A DNA stretch of 64,000 nt, taken from contig NC_058376.1 of NCBI RefSeq assembly GCF_018350175.1, positions 142,352,001 through 142,416,000 of the forward strand, given 5' to 3'. Origin of the DNA: Felis catus (Eukaryota). The translations under genes were made by a program, and so were the position numbers. The notes beneath the pieces are model-generated. The model was not told where the DNA came from. It was given only the letters and a program-made list of their open reading frames with translations, and made no database searches. Below, piece after piece: positions 52,685 through 64,000 of this stretch. The first letter of the stretch is position 1; each line of letters starts with the position of its first letter.

Positions 52685-53030
52685 GTACAAAAACATAAAC
52701 GACTCAAGTGTTCACCAACAGGGGGATAGATAAAGAAACAGTGGTGGATTCATGCATCGAACGCTATGTGCTAGTATAAAAGAACAAACTAGTTATGCCT
52801 ACATTAGTATGGAGGACTCTCAAACCATTGTGCTGGTCTAGGTACAAAAAAAGTACATTGGTATAAAGTTCTAGAATAGGCAAAACAAGCATTTGGTAAA
52901 AAAATCATAGAAAAGTGGTTGCCTTTAGGGGGAGCACTGCCTAGGAAAGGGCACATGAGAACTTCCTGGAATTACAGAGTTGTACATTGAGTATCTGTGA
53001 ATCCTACTGCATCTAAATTTTAGCTCCATG
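52685..53030 (+). mobile_element. Old L1M 3' fragment
   Basis: caagtgttcaccaacagggggatagataaag...gtgg...aaagttctagaataggcaaaac...agtggttgcctt...ggaaaggggcacatgagaacttcctgg. Confidence 0.72.
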
Positions 53031-53279
53031 AAAACAAATTCATTGAATAAAAAAAGTGAAGCTCTAATAAAGGAATGGAGAAATGGAAGCAGAGGGAAAT
53101 GTCAAAGAATGGCAGTTGCCATTATTTGCATTGTCTTCAAGACCACGTCTACCTTTGTTGGCCACGTTGGATTCCACTGAAAAGAGTGCTGGGTAGTTTT
53201 CTTAGGGGACAGACACTAGGAAACATACCTCTTTGCATAATTTGTCACTGGCTATGCGGATCACATTTTAAGTCATTCT

Positions 53280-53531
53280 TATTTTTTTTATTTTTTAATT
53301 TTTAAAATTTTTAACATTTTAATTTATTTTTGAGAGAGAGAGAGACAGGGAGAGAGAATGAGAGCTGCCGAGAGGGTCAGAGAGAGAGGGAGACACAGAA
53401 TCTGAAGCAGGCTCCAGGATCTGTCTGAGCTGTCAGCACAGAGCCTGACGCAGGGCTTGAACTCACAGACCATGAGATCAAGACCTGAACTGAAGTCTGG
53501 ATGCCCAACCAACTGAGCCACCAGGCACCCC
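53280..53531 (-). mobile_element. CAN-SINE
   Basis: gagacacagaatctgaagcaggctccagg...actgagccaccaggcacccc. Confidence 0.93.
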
Positions 53532-54814
53532 AAAATCATTTTTAATATAGAGAGCTTATTGTGTGCTTTACACAACTAGGAATATCAGATTAGAACAGAT
53601 ATGTGTCATAAAAATCAGTTAGACATTAAAAAAAATGATTCACCGTTCTTTTTCTAAAGACACTTGGGACTGAAGATTTCAGTTGCAGTTATGATATTTT
53701 AGAGTTGAGTTAACTCCTGGTCTGTTGCTTAACTGTATGATCTTGCTTACGCTAATACCTAGTCTGGTGTTGTTAATGAGGATCAAATCAAGTGTCATAT
53801 ATGACAGTGCCTTATAAATCATAAAATAATACAGGAATGTGTGTTTTATGGCTATTATTGTTATTTAAGTGAATACAGAAACCTCAATCAGAATTTTTGT
53901 CTGTGAATTGGAAGGCAAGGAAATACCAGTTATAACATGCTTGAAATAGGCATACTATGTTCCTACCATGACTTTGATTTCATGTAAAAATTGTGAATTG
54001 TTTACACTTGAGCATATATATTTCCCTATCCTTACTCCACACTCCAGCACATTTTCCATTCACCCCAATCTTCAACAATCATCCACGGAAAACACCAATA
54101 TATTTTCATTTAAACCATATTTTGACTTTGTGTGGGGTGGATGTGGGGGAGTAACATAAAGGGAAAGGATACGTTGGCCCCTTTAAATTATTGCCTAGGC
54201 TTGTTTCAATGTAAAATACTTAGGATTTTCATTTTTGCTAAGTCAGCTCATGTGCCTTTCTCCCCACCCCCACCCCCACCCCCCACCATCCATTTTTCCC
54301 TGATGGCTGCATTTGCTCACCAAAATTTACTTTAGCTTCATTAAAAAAAAGAAGTATCAGGTAAATAAATTTGGCACCATCTGCTTGGAACTTAGTCTTG
54401 ATGTATTGATGCCTTTTTCTAGCTGATAAAAACTTGGAAATGCTAAGTGCACACAGAAAGCAATATTGCAGTAATTTAATGCACAGGTGTCTACGGCACT
54501 GCTGGGAAGAACGGACCAGGGAATTTAAAGGCTGCATGTAACTGCCTTAGGCTTTAGGAAATTAAAGAACTCCAGTGAGAGACGTTCTTCCAGGTTTCTG
54601 GCTTTTCATCTGCAATCCATAGGAAGTATCCCAGAGTATATTTTGTGCCCATTATTTATTTGTCAAATACTTCTAGGAATTGTAGAATTAATCAAAGAGA
54701 GCAGATTTTTGTAATGTCCATGTAGACTCAGCAGCTGTCATCATAAGAGAAAATAGTGTCCACATTCAAGTGTTACAGAAAGATATGGCTGATAACTTGG
54801 TATTAAAATGGGAA

Positions 54815-55410
54815 GCAGTTTGGCACAGTGTTTTCAAGTGTGGACTCTGGAATTGAACAGAACTCTCTTCAGATGTTTATTGTATCGGTTCCTTGATGTG
54901 TGATCTGCAATTATTGAAACTCTCTTAAGCTTCAGTTTCTATACCTGTAAAATGGGTGTGTCCATAGTAACCATGTCAGTTATTGATTGCTGTTAAACAA
55001 ACAACCACAAAACTATGTAGCTTAAAGCAATAATTTGTTATGTGATAGTGCAGAGTATCTAGGTGGTTCTTTTGCTTCATGTGATATCGGCTTCAGCACT
55101 AGGAAGGCTAGAGTCATCTGGAAGCTAGACTGGGAATACAGGGCTGTTTTGTTGACTGGGGAGTCCTTGGTTCACCTCCACATGGCGTGGCATCTGGATA
55201 ATAAGACAGAAGAGCTCAAGAGTAAGCATTCTGAAGACAAAGTGAGAACTTCTGGGCCAGTTAAGGGCTAGGCCCAGAATTAGCATAACACCATTTTCAC
55301 TATCTTCTTTCTATTGATTGGGTGTAAAGATTAAATGAAGTAAAATTTGAGCATTTACACAGAAATTAATTCATACTAAGCCTTTATTCAGTTGTTATTA
55401 ATGTTGATAT
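54815..55410. mobile_element. MIR (+) interrupted by an MLT1-like LTR (about 54975-55320)
   Basis: MIR 5' ggcacagtg...tggactctgga...cttcagtttctatacctgtaaaatggg; then tgtcagttattgattgctg...aacaaccacaaaact (MLT1 end); MIR resumes gtaaagattaaatga. Confidence 0.62.
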
Positions 55411-56149
55411 TAGTGTACTATGAAAGTGGGTTATAGATGGCATCAGGGCATCTAAGATTAAGGCTTAAGACACTAAAGCATATATAGGTGCCATAAAAAT
55501 AGGTCTTTAAAGGTTATCTGGTCAACCTCCCCCATTTAGGGAAACGGAGACCCAAAGACAAGCATAATTTACTGAAGGACATCCAGTTCATGATAGAGTT
55601 GAGTTTGAAAATTAATCTCCTATCTAGTCCATTGTTTGTTACAGCAGGAAAATTTTTTCCCTTCTCTGAGGCCTCAGTTCCTCCATTGGTAAATTGAGGA
55701 CAGCAATGATACTCTTTAAAGTGTGTTGTAAGGATTCAGTGATTTAATGAAAGTTAAGTGCTTATTATAACATTTGGCAAGGAGCACATTCTCAATAACA
55801 GCTTGGTACAACTTCTGTGACAATGATTCTTTCTATTATTGTTATTATTATTTTCATCATTCCTATTATTTCATACTGTCTCTGAAGGGGCTTGAACGCA
55901 TATTATTTGTATTGACACTGTTCTAGATTTGGGGCTCAAGTTGCGCCATCTGCTTTGTCTCCTCTAAAGTAGGAATTCGGCATTATGTGAGACTGAAATC
56001 AATTTTGCTACTCTTGGCAACCTTCCCAAATCTGTATCCTTTCTTTCCTACTCAGGAAGAGATCACAAACTATATAGTGCGCCCAAGGTCTGGCATTTCA
56101 TTGGCTGGTTATTTTCTGCAACTATGAGGCAAGACAGTTAAAGTGGCTT

Positions 56150-57370
56150 TAAACTTCATCTATATACCAACAACCGCTATGTTAGATTCCGCCTACAATT
56201 AAATATCCAACTGTCTATTCAGTATCATTCTTTGGATGTCTAAGACCTATGTCAAAATCGAAATGGCCAAAATTGAACTTCTGATCTTTGCACTAAAACT
56301 CCTCTAGCCTTCCCCATTTCAGTCGATAACAACATCATCTTTCTATTTGCTCAGGCTATAACGTGCAAGGCCAAACACCTGAGTGTTATCCTTACTCCTC
56401 TCTTTCTCTTGTACTGTACGTCCAATTTTTTAAAAGACCTGTTGGCTCTGTCTCCAAAATATACTCGGAATCTCAATAATTCTCACCATCCACGTGGATG
56501 CTACCCTGGCCATCATCATCATCTCCCTCCAGGGTTTCTGCCCTCACTTGCCAACTGCTTTGTTTTCCACTCTTGCTGCCCTAACCCTTATTCTCAACAC
56601 AGTAGCCAAAAAGATTCATTTCAAAGATGTAAATTAGGTCTTCTGGTACCTCTACAACAAATTCTGGAATAGTTCTCCCTAGCAAAAGCTGAAGCTCTTT
56701 CAGTGCCACAGAGCTCTTCATGACCTGCCTTCCCTCTACTTGGCAATTTGACCTCATTGCTCTCTCCTTTCCTGCCACACCAGCTTCCTTCCGTTCAGCA
56801 AACACTCTAGGGGATACCCCGACCTTGATGACTGTGTACCTTCTCCCACTGCTTGCGATATTCTTCCACCACATATCCACTTAGATCACTCCCTCACACT
56901 CTTTCTTCAAGTCTTTGCTTAAATCTCATTTTCCCAGTGCTAACTATCTTGACCGTCTTATTTCCTAGTGCCGTCTGTCTATCTCTACCCTTCCCTACCA
57001 CACTGCTCATTACCTTTTTCTGTTCTCCATTTTTTTTTGCTTTAGCACATATCACCTGCTATTCAGTATAATCCAGGAAAGCTTCCTCTAGGCTTTCTGG
57101 ATGATCTCATGCACTCATATGGCTTTCACATAAGCTCTACACAGTGACTCCCAAAGCTCCTCTCCCCCACCTCCCCCAGCTTCTATCTCTCTCTTTTGGA
57201 CCTAACTTTAACATACAAGCCTCTGAGGGATAGTTTCATGTGGGTGTCCCAAAGACACATGAACCTCAACATGCTGAGATTTTAATTCTCCACCCACCCA
57301 TTTCCTCTTTCTTCCGTGTGCATTGTTTCAGAGGATGGTGCCACTCACCCAATTCAGAAGCCGTTGAGGT
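56150..57370 (+). mobile_element. L2 LINE fragments
   Basis: tatccaactgtcta...cttggatgtctaa...ttccccatttcagt...gctcagg...ccttactcctctctttctct...ttctcaacacagtagcca. Confidence 0.75.
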
Positions 57371-58290
57371 CTAACATTATTAATGGGATTAAGACCTCAT
57401 AGTAATTAGAATGACAGTAAATACAGAAGCAAGGTGGCACTATTTTCCAGTTAGTTTAAGTCAAAAAGCATGTAGAGATTTGAATTTAGCTGTGACTGTG
57501 GACAGATACAAATGAGCTAAAATTGTATGCTAAGGTTTAATTTTAATAATAGACCACTGAATCTTACTTAGGTAAAGAAAAAAATGATATGAATGAGCGG
57601 TACTGGACAGTGAAAAGGGATGAAGTAACTAGATTGGACTTTGGCAGAAGTGAATAATTATTAGAACCAAGATTTCAGAAGGGGAGTAAACTATAAATAT
57701 AGAAAAGTTTGGAACTTTGATTTTGAAAGTGGTCCAGCTATCAGTAATGAGGCGTAGGTTATAAGTATGTGAATGAATGGAAGAAGAGGCAAGAGAAACA
57801 AGAAAATTGGAGGTGAGAAAGTGACAAATAGAGAGCCAAAGCATTGAATATACTATCTGTGGGGTTATTGACGTCATCAGGGAGGATGGCATGCATATTG
57901 GTGAAGAATAGAATGGTAAGCTGGATGCCAGTTTTCAATGGGTATGAGAGAGTGACTGAGATTTAGCGGGTGGCATCAGAATTCCATAAACAAAAAAGCC
58001 ATCCTAAACACTTTCAATCTAGTGACACTCCAAGATCTATTGATTTCTGTCCAATATAGGTCTAGAATCCATTCACTTCTCTCCATCTCCTGTGCTACTG
58101 CCTCAGTTAATAGTCACTTAATTTCCAACCCAGGTTATTGCACCAGCTTCATAATTGGTCTCCTAAGTCTCTAAAAGTCCAAAGCAGGCTTTTAAAAAAT
58201 GTGAAACATTTCAATGCACTAGTAAGTGAATAAATGACATTTATCTTGGAATCAGATGTTGATAATATAATACAGCAAGCATTATTGGAT

Positions 58291-58403
58291 ATCTTCACAT
58301 CTTTGGTTAGGTTTATTCCTAGGTATTTTATGATTCTTGGTGCAATTGTGAATGGGATCAGTTTGTTTATTTGTCTTTCTGTCGCTTCATTATTAGTGTA
58401 TAA
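58291..58403 (-). mobile_element. Orphan 113-bp L1 ORF2 internal fragment
   Basis: 110/113 identical to 61352-61464 of the nearby L1. No A-tail or TSD. Confidence 0.92.
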
Positions 58404-58591
58404 TACATTGACAACTTCTCTCTTCTTAACAGGAAAATCCTTTTTTATTTTGTTCAGGTATCCATCCTTGGCTCTCTGCAGGCAAATGCCTAAGAGAAAA
58501 CTGAAAGCATTCCCTGGTCCAAAGATTACTTGATTAGGTTAAGGATAATGTTTCTCACAAAGAATCTCTTGACATTTTGGGTGGTATCATT

Positions 58592-58593
58592 TG

Positions 58594-58623
<30 letters not shown>
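58592..58623. repeat. (TTG)n microsatellite within a MER3/MER20-like element
   Basis: Direct observation. Flanks ttgacattttgggtgg...actgtgacaaccaaaaat. Confidence 0.85.
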
Positions 58624-58624
<1 letters not shown>

Positions 58625-59208
58625 CGGGGCCATTTATGTATTTGCTAGACATTTAGCAGCCTAAATATTTCCTGCTAAACATTAACGTTGCCCAATCACT
58701 GTGACAACCAAAAATACATCATAGTATTGTTGTTTAATCTGTGAACCATGAGTCTAAGGGTTTAGAGAAGGCATGTGATTCAATTCTGGCTATTAAGAAA
58801 TAAAATTACATTGAGGAACACCTAAGAAAATTTTCTTCACATCATCAGGAAGGACACAGGAAGACATTTCCTTTGCCTCTGGATTATGTCATACATACAT
58901 TGATCACCTTGAACTGCTGCCTTTACCATCCTCAAAATGAAACTGTCTCCAGTCTTGGTGGACTGGAGGAATAACAAAACCCCGAGCTTTCTAAATCAGA
59001 AATCCCATCCTATCCTGGGATTTCTTTTTCTGTTAGAAAACAAAATTTCTAGCACTTACATCAGCCTGGTGTGGAGTTTCTGTTACCTGCTGCTGAAAGC
59101 ACCCTAAATAATCTATACGCTTGCACCGTAAACCCACCGGAAGAAAGAGATGTTCAAAAGATAGCTCTTGTTTCTGAGATGGAAAGCCAAATCTGTATTA
59201 AAGTGATG

Positions 59209-59669
59209 GTGTCCAGGGCAGGCTGACACAAAATACGCCACTTTAATTGTTTTGAATTAAAGTCACTCAAGTAATAGCCAGTGCTGGAAGGACACTCTAA
59301 ACTTTGTTCCCCTGAAAGCAAGAAATAAATTCCCCATGTGAAAGGTATCCTCCTTGCACCTGGAGGGCAGAAGGCACATTCATTTCCAGAGAGAGGGAAT
59401 TCAGGGCCACATAGGCCATATAATCAAACATTATTACTTCAATAATTTGCTACCTCTTTGTCTTATCAACTATTCACAAATTTGTCTAAAAGGCATGACA
59501 GCTGCCTGTTTTTGTCACTTTTTTGAGTCTTATATGAGCTGTTGTATGTACAAATCAAAGCTTGTTTTTGTTTTTGTTTTTCCACCTGTTAATCTGTCTT
59601 ATGTCAATTTAATTATTAGGCTAGTCAAAGAAGCTAGAAGGGAAGAAAGGAAAAGTTTTCCTCCCCAGT
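59209..59669 (+). mobile_element. ERV1 solo LTR, MER34-like
   Basis: aaatacgccacttt...cccctgaaagcaagaaataa...3' end cctgttaatctgtcttatgtcaatttaatt...aagaagctagaaggg...aaagttttcctcccca. Confidence 0.75.
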
Positions 59670-59930
59670 GCGAGGCATATCTCTCTCTCTTTTCTCCTCT
59701 TAATCCATTCAGAGAATTGATTTAAAGGCAGGGAAAAATCATTTGGAAAAAATAGCTTGCAGCTTTGTTGGCTCAACCCAATATATATTGATTTCTTTGC
59801 TAGAGGAAAGGAGAGATAAGCCCTCCATCTCCTACAGCTCACTGGTAGGGTCAGTCCTTTGCTATTTCTAGATTAACTCATTATTTCCATTATTCCTTCC
59901 TTTCTGTTTTTCTTTTAATGGGAGATGACT

Positions 59931-61582
59931 TTTTTTTTAATATGAAATTTATTGGCAAATTGGTTTCCATACAACACCCAGTGCTCATCCCAACAGGTGC
60001 CCTCCTCAATGCCCATCACCCACTTTCCACTCTTTCCCACCCCCCATCAACCCTCAGTTTAATCTCAGTTTTTAAGAGTCTCTTATGGTTTGGCTCCCTC
60101 CCTCTCTCTTTTTTTTTTTCTTCCCCTCCCCCATGGTCTTCTGTGAAGTTTCTCAGGATCCACATAAGAGTGAAAACATATGGCATCTGTCTTTCTCTTA
60201 TTTCACTTAGCATAACACCCTCCACTTCCATCCACCTTACTACAAAAGGTCATATTTCATTCTTTCTCATTGCCAAGTAGTATTCCATTGTGTATATAAA
60301 CCACAATTTCTTTATCCATTCATCAGTTGATGGACATTTAGGCTCTTTCCATAATTTGGCTATTGATGAAAGTGCTGCTATAAACCTTTGGGGTACAAGT
60401 GCCCCTATGCATCAGCACTCCTGCATCCCTTGGGTAAATTCCTAGCAGTGCTATTGCTGGGTCATAGGGTAGCTCTATTATTAATTTTTTGAGGAACCTC
60501 CAGACTGTTTTGCAGAGTGGCTGCATTTCTACCAACAGTGCAAGAGGGTTCCCGTTTCTCCACATCTTCTCCAGCATCTGTAGTCTCCTGATTTGTTNNN
60601 NNNNNNNNNNNNNNNNNNNNNNNNNNNNNNNNNNNNNNNNNNNNNNNNNNNNNNNNNNNNNNNNNNNNNNNNNNNNNNNNNNNNNNNNNNNNNNNNNNNN
60701 NNNNNNNNNNNNNNNNNNNNNNNNNNNNNNNNNNNNNNNNNNNNNNNNNNNNTCTTCACTGGATTATTTGGTTTTTGGGTGTGGAATTTGGTGAGTTCTT
60801 TATAGATTTTGGATGCTAGCCCTTTGTCCAATATGTCATTTGCAAATATCTTTTCCCATTCTGTTGGTTGCCTTTTTGTTTTGTTGATTGTTTCCTTTGC
60901 AGTGCAGAAGGTTTTTATCTTCATGAGGTCCCACTGGTTCATTTTTGCTTTTAATTCCCTTGCCTTTGGAGATGTGGAGTCTCTCTTCTATTCCATTGGT
61001 CTATGTGTCTGTTTTTGTGCCAATACCACGCTGTCTTGATGATTACAGCTTTGTAGTAGAGGCTAAAGTCTGGGATTATGATGCCTCCCACTTTGGTTTT
61101 CTTCTTCAATATTACTTTGGCTATTCAGAGTCTTTTGTGGTTCCATACAAATTTTAGGATTGCTTGTTCTAGCTTTGANNNNNNNNNNNNNNNNNNNNNN
61201 NNNNNNNNNNNNNNNNNNNNNNNNNNNNNNNNNNNNNNNNNNNNNNNNNNNNNNNNNNNNNNNNNNNNNNNNNNNNNNNNNNNNNNNNNNNNNNNNNNNN
61301 NNNNNNNNNNNNNNNNNNNNNNNNAAGCTTTCTATAGTTTTCTGCATATAGATCTTTACATCTTTGGTTAAGTTTATTCCTAGGTATTTTATGATTCTTG
61401 GTGCAATTGTGAATGGGATCAGTTTGTTTATTTGTCTTTCTGTTGCTTCATTATTAGTGTATAAGAATACAGCTGATTTCTGTACATTAATTTTATATCC
61501 TGCGACTTTGCTGAATTCATGTATCAATTCTAGCAGACTTTTGGTGGAGTCTATCAGCTTTTCCATGTATAATATCATGTCA
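59931..61582 (-). mobile_element. Felid/carnivore L1, 5'-truncated, ORF2 C-terminal part plus 3' UTR, disrupted
   Basis: ORF2 peptides DMILYME...[21 protein letters not shown] and [47 protein letters not shown] at 59920-59930 and 61583-61593. Contains N gaps at 60598-60752 and 61179-61324. Confidence 0.96.
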
Positions 61583-62750
61583 GGGAGATGACTGTTTTTG
61601 AGGAGGGGCAGCTTCAACTGTAGAGCCAGCTTCAACACTTTAGGGAAAATACTCAAGGGAATAAGTCAAAGGGAATTTATGGTTACAACAGAAAGGAAAA
61701 TCTCTACCCAGAGAAAGAGCTCTCTGCATCAATAAGCAAAAAAAAGGAAGTATTAACCATTCTCTATGACCGATTTAACAATTTAGGTTTGTCTTTGAAT
61801 CACTAGCCACAGATAGGGACAATCTGTACAGGAGAAACCAGAGCGGGGGGGGGGGTGGGGGGTGGGTGGGAGGGGGAGAAGGAGATCAAAGGCTGAAAGT
61901 GAAGGACTTTTGCAAGGTTGGGTCTTTTGCGTAATTCAAGGTGTAACTTACTTGAAAGCACTGATTGTAAAGCTGACTCGTTGTTTCAGAACTTATGCAG
62001 AAATAGGAAATGCATCCTTTGATGTATTCCTTCTGGATAAGCCTTCATCTAGGAGACCATAGTGGATGGCAGTTTCAGTTCTCCAGGTCTTGATTCTGTC
62101 CTCTGAAAAGGATAGGAAATTGGGCTGTAAAGTTCTTCCTGGAACATGTAGATGAGGGAGAAATCTACATTCCTTTGAAGACTGTTTGATTATTCATCAT
62201 GCATCCCTGAAATGTAGTCACTCTGTTTTAACAGCACTTAGACAATTGAAATCGCCCGACAATGAAAGGAGAAGGTGGAGGGAGGCGACAGTATTGGCTA
62301 GAATGGCAAGAATGAGGGTTTGGGGGGGGGGACAATGGAGCATCTGAAAATGTCCTGCAAGAGTGTTGCCAGCTGTCAGTCTCCCTCCAGCCTCTCACAC
62401 AAAGAGTGAATCCATCTGCATTTACGTGGTGACATCTCCCCATTTCTGGCAGGCCCTTGGGGGAGCAAACCACACAGCATTACAATGCTGTGATACGGCA
62501 GCCCTCTTAGCTCTTCTCAGCTTGCTTCAGTGTTTATCTGAGTGGGAATTACAAGTTCTTTAATGTTGCTTCTTGCAAAAATTACGCATTATCTCCTTCC
62601 AGTCTTCAAAGGGTTCATACTGTCTGTTGGCTCTGGTAAAACCCCTGTAGTGGACATTTGTCTTTTTCTTTCCTTCTGCTATAGAAATATATAATTGGAG
62701 ACCCTCATCCGAGGAAGGGCTCAGCCACGTGATGTGCATTTGACAGTCAG

Positions 62751-62915
62751 ATGGACTTGCAGCCGACTTTGAATCCAGAGAGGGTTACTGGGGAGGCTGG
62801 TGGGGGAGAACCCTTTCTGTCGGTCCATCAGTATCCTTTTCCGGGTACACTGCCGGCCGCAGCGTGCCAGGGCCTGTGGCAGCAGGAGGGCGTGCTGCGT
62901 CAGCTGGGGGACCCG
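62751..62915 (+). CDS. Candidate first coding exon of an unidentified gene (55 aa: MDLQPTLNPERVTGEAGGGEPFLSVHQYPFPGTLPAAACQGLWQQEGVLRQLGDP), continuing beyond the window
   Basis: Long polypyrimidine acceptor tctttttctttccttctgctatag| (exon start 62685), stops in all three frames within the first ~60 nt of the exon (UTR-like), ATGG start, phase-0 donor CCG|gtatgt, locally high GC and CpG in non-repeat sequence. Product not recognised. Confidence 0.5.
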
Positions 62916-63149
62916 GTATGTGACTGTCGCAATTGACATACCCACCGGACTGGGTCTATAGAACTTACTCTATTCCCACCTGTTTCCTAACTCAAGCTGC
63001 CGTGTTCAGGCATTTATTTAACATGAGTTTCTACATCTTTTAATATGTACCTTATGGTCCGTCAAAGTTGATTTTCTTACTGTCTTCTGAATTCATGTTC
63101 AAAGTAAACTACATTCTTAGCTTTCTATTATGTGAAGCATTTTTGAATT

Positions 63150-63328
63150 GATGGCTCTCAACTGGGGACAGTTTTATCTCCTGGGGGATACTTGACAATG
63201 TCTAGAGATATTTTGGGTTGTCACAGTGGAGGGTGTGCTGCTGGCATCTATTGGGGGAGCAAGACAGCTCACCACAACAAAGAATCATACACTCCTAAAT
63301 TTCAATTGTGTGGAGGTGGAGAAACCCC
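63150..63328. mobile_element. MER20-like DNA transposon
   Basis: ctctcaactggggacagtttt...ttgacaatgtctagagatattttgggttgtcaca...gctgctggcatcta...ggaggtggagaaaccc. Confidence 0.82.
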
Positions 63329-63339
63329 GTTTTAAAGGC

Positions 63340-63530
63340 AGACATCCCTGGGTCTCTGTCCCCGCCTGTTTGTTGACCAGCTGCGTGTGTGACCTTGCAT
63401 AAGACATTTAAGCTCTGCGAACCTCAGTTTCCACATTTATAAAATAGGACTGATGATTGTCGTTGGAATCAAATGAAAATATATAGGAAAGTCCAGGCCT
63501 TATATAGCCAATGTGCGGTGAGCATTGGCT
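63340..63530 (+). mobile_element. MIR SINE
   Basis: tgtgtgaccttgcataagacatttaagctctgcgaacctcagtttccacatttataaaatagg. Confidence 0.75.
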
Positions 63531-63749
63531 GTCTTCTCCCTGCCTGTCTTTCCTTCTTGATCTCCTCCTATGTTATGGAGAGGAGTTTGAAAGTTATTTT
63601 AAACTCTCTTGTCCCCAGGATCCTTCTTCCTATTTTAATCTTACCATCCTTTGTAGCTGTTTCACTTTCTCAAATATCCACAGGAAAGATCTGTTTCTAT
63701 TAGTTCCCTGTGAACCATCCAGCAATATAACATAGTACATAGCTTGTTG

Positions 63750-63968
63750 TTTTTTTTTTTTTTTAACGGTTATTTTTGAGAGACGAAAAGAGACAGAGCA
63801 CAAGTTGGGGAGGGGCAGAAAGAGAGAGAGACACACAGAATCCTAAACAGACTCCAGGCTCTGAGCTGTCAGCACAGAGCCCAACCCAGGGCTTGAACCC
63901 ATGAACTATGAGATCATGACCTGAGCCGAAGTTGGACACTTTAACTGACTGAGCCACCCAGGCACCCC
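63750..63968 (-). mobile_element. CAN-SINE
   Basis: ...gagatcatgacctgagccgaagttggacactttaactgactgagccacccaggcacccc. Confidence 0.94.
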
Positions 63969-64000
63969 ATGGTTTTTAATTTCACTCTCGGTTTTATGTT

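Noticed and set aside
60016-61656. L1 ORF2 peptides as a functional CDS
   Set aside because: The element is 5'-truncated, internally deleted and frameshifted.
62721-62945. Minus-strand 74-aa ORF overlapping the candidate exon
   Set aside because: No splice signals on that strand. Best explained as a shadow ORF of GC-rich sequence.
1-64000. CRISPR arrays, rRNA, operon-like or defence systems, known miRNA hairpins
   Set aside because: The sequence is mammalian. No regularly spaced repeat-spacer array, rRNA or recognisable mature miRNA was seen by eye.

Overview
Mammalian genomic DNA from a cat-family (felid) draft assembly, identified by young SINEC_Fc-type CAN-SINEs and carnivore L1s, with four N-gaps. 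The window is AT-rich, repeat-dense and almost entirely intronic or intergenic. It holds about 20 CAN-SINEs (most with readable target-site duplications, TSDs), young and old L1 fragments, L2, MIR, MER5/MER20/MER63-like and Tigger-like DNA transposons, MLT1/LTR16/MER34-like LTRs and microsatellites. No known gene could be named. The best gene signal is a CpG-enriched + strand candidate first coding exon at 62685-62915 (ATG 62751, 55 codons, GT donor). The 16:4 minus-strand bias of SINEs fits the window lying in a long 5' intron of a + strand gene. Other points of interest: a speculative frame-compatible chain of minus-strand exons encoding a small hydrophobic peptide, a possible SINE 3' transduction or chimera, an orphan 113-bp copy of a nearby L1 segment, a SINE with a palindromic insertion creating AP-1/CLEAR/AP-1 motifs, and two SINE-in-SINE nested insertions. 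I found no evidence for a new multi-gene biological system. Repeat subfamily names come from recalled consensus sequences and boundaries of old repeats are approximate.
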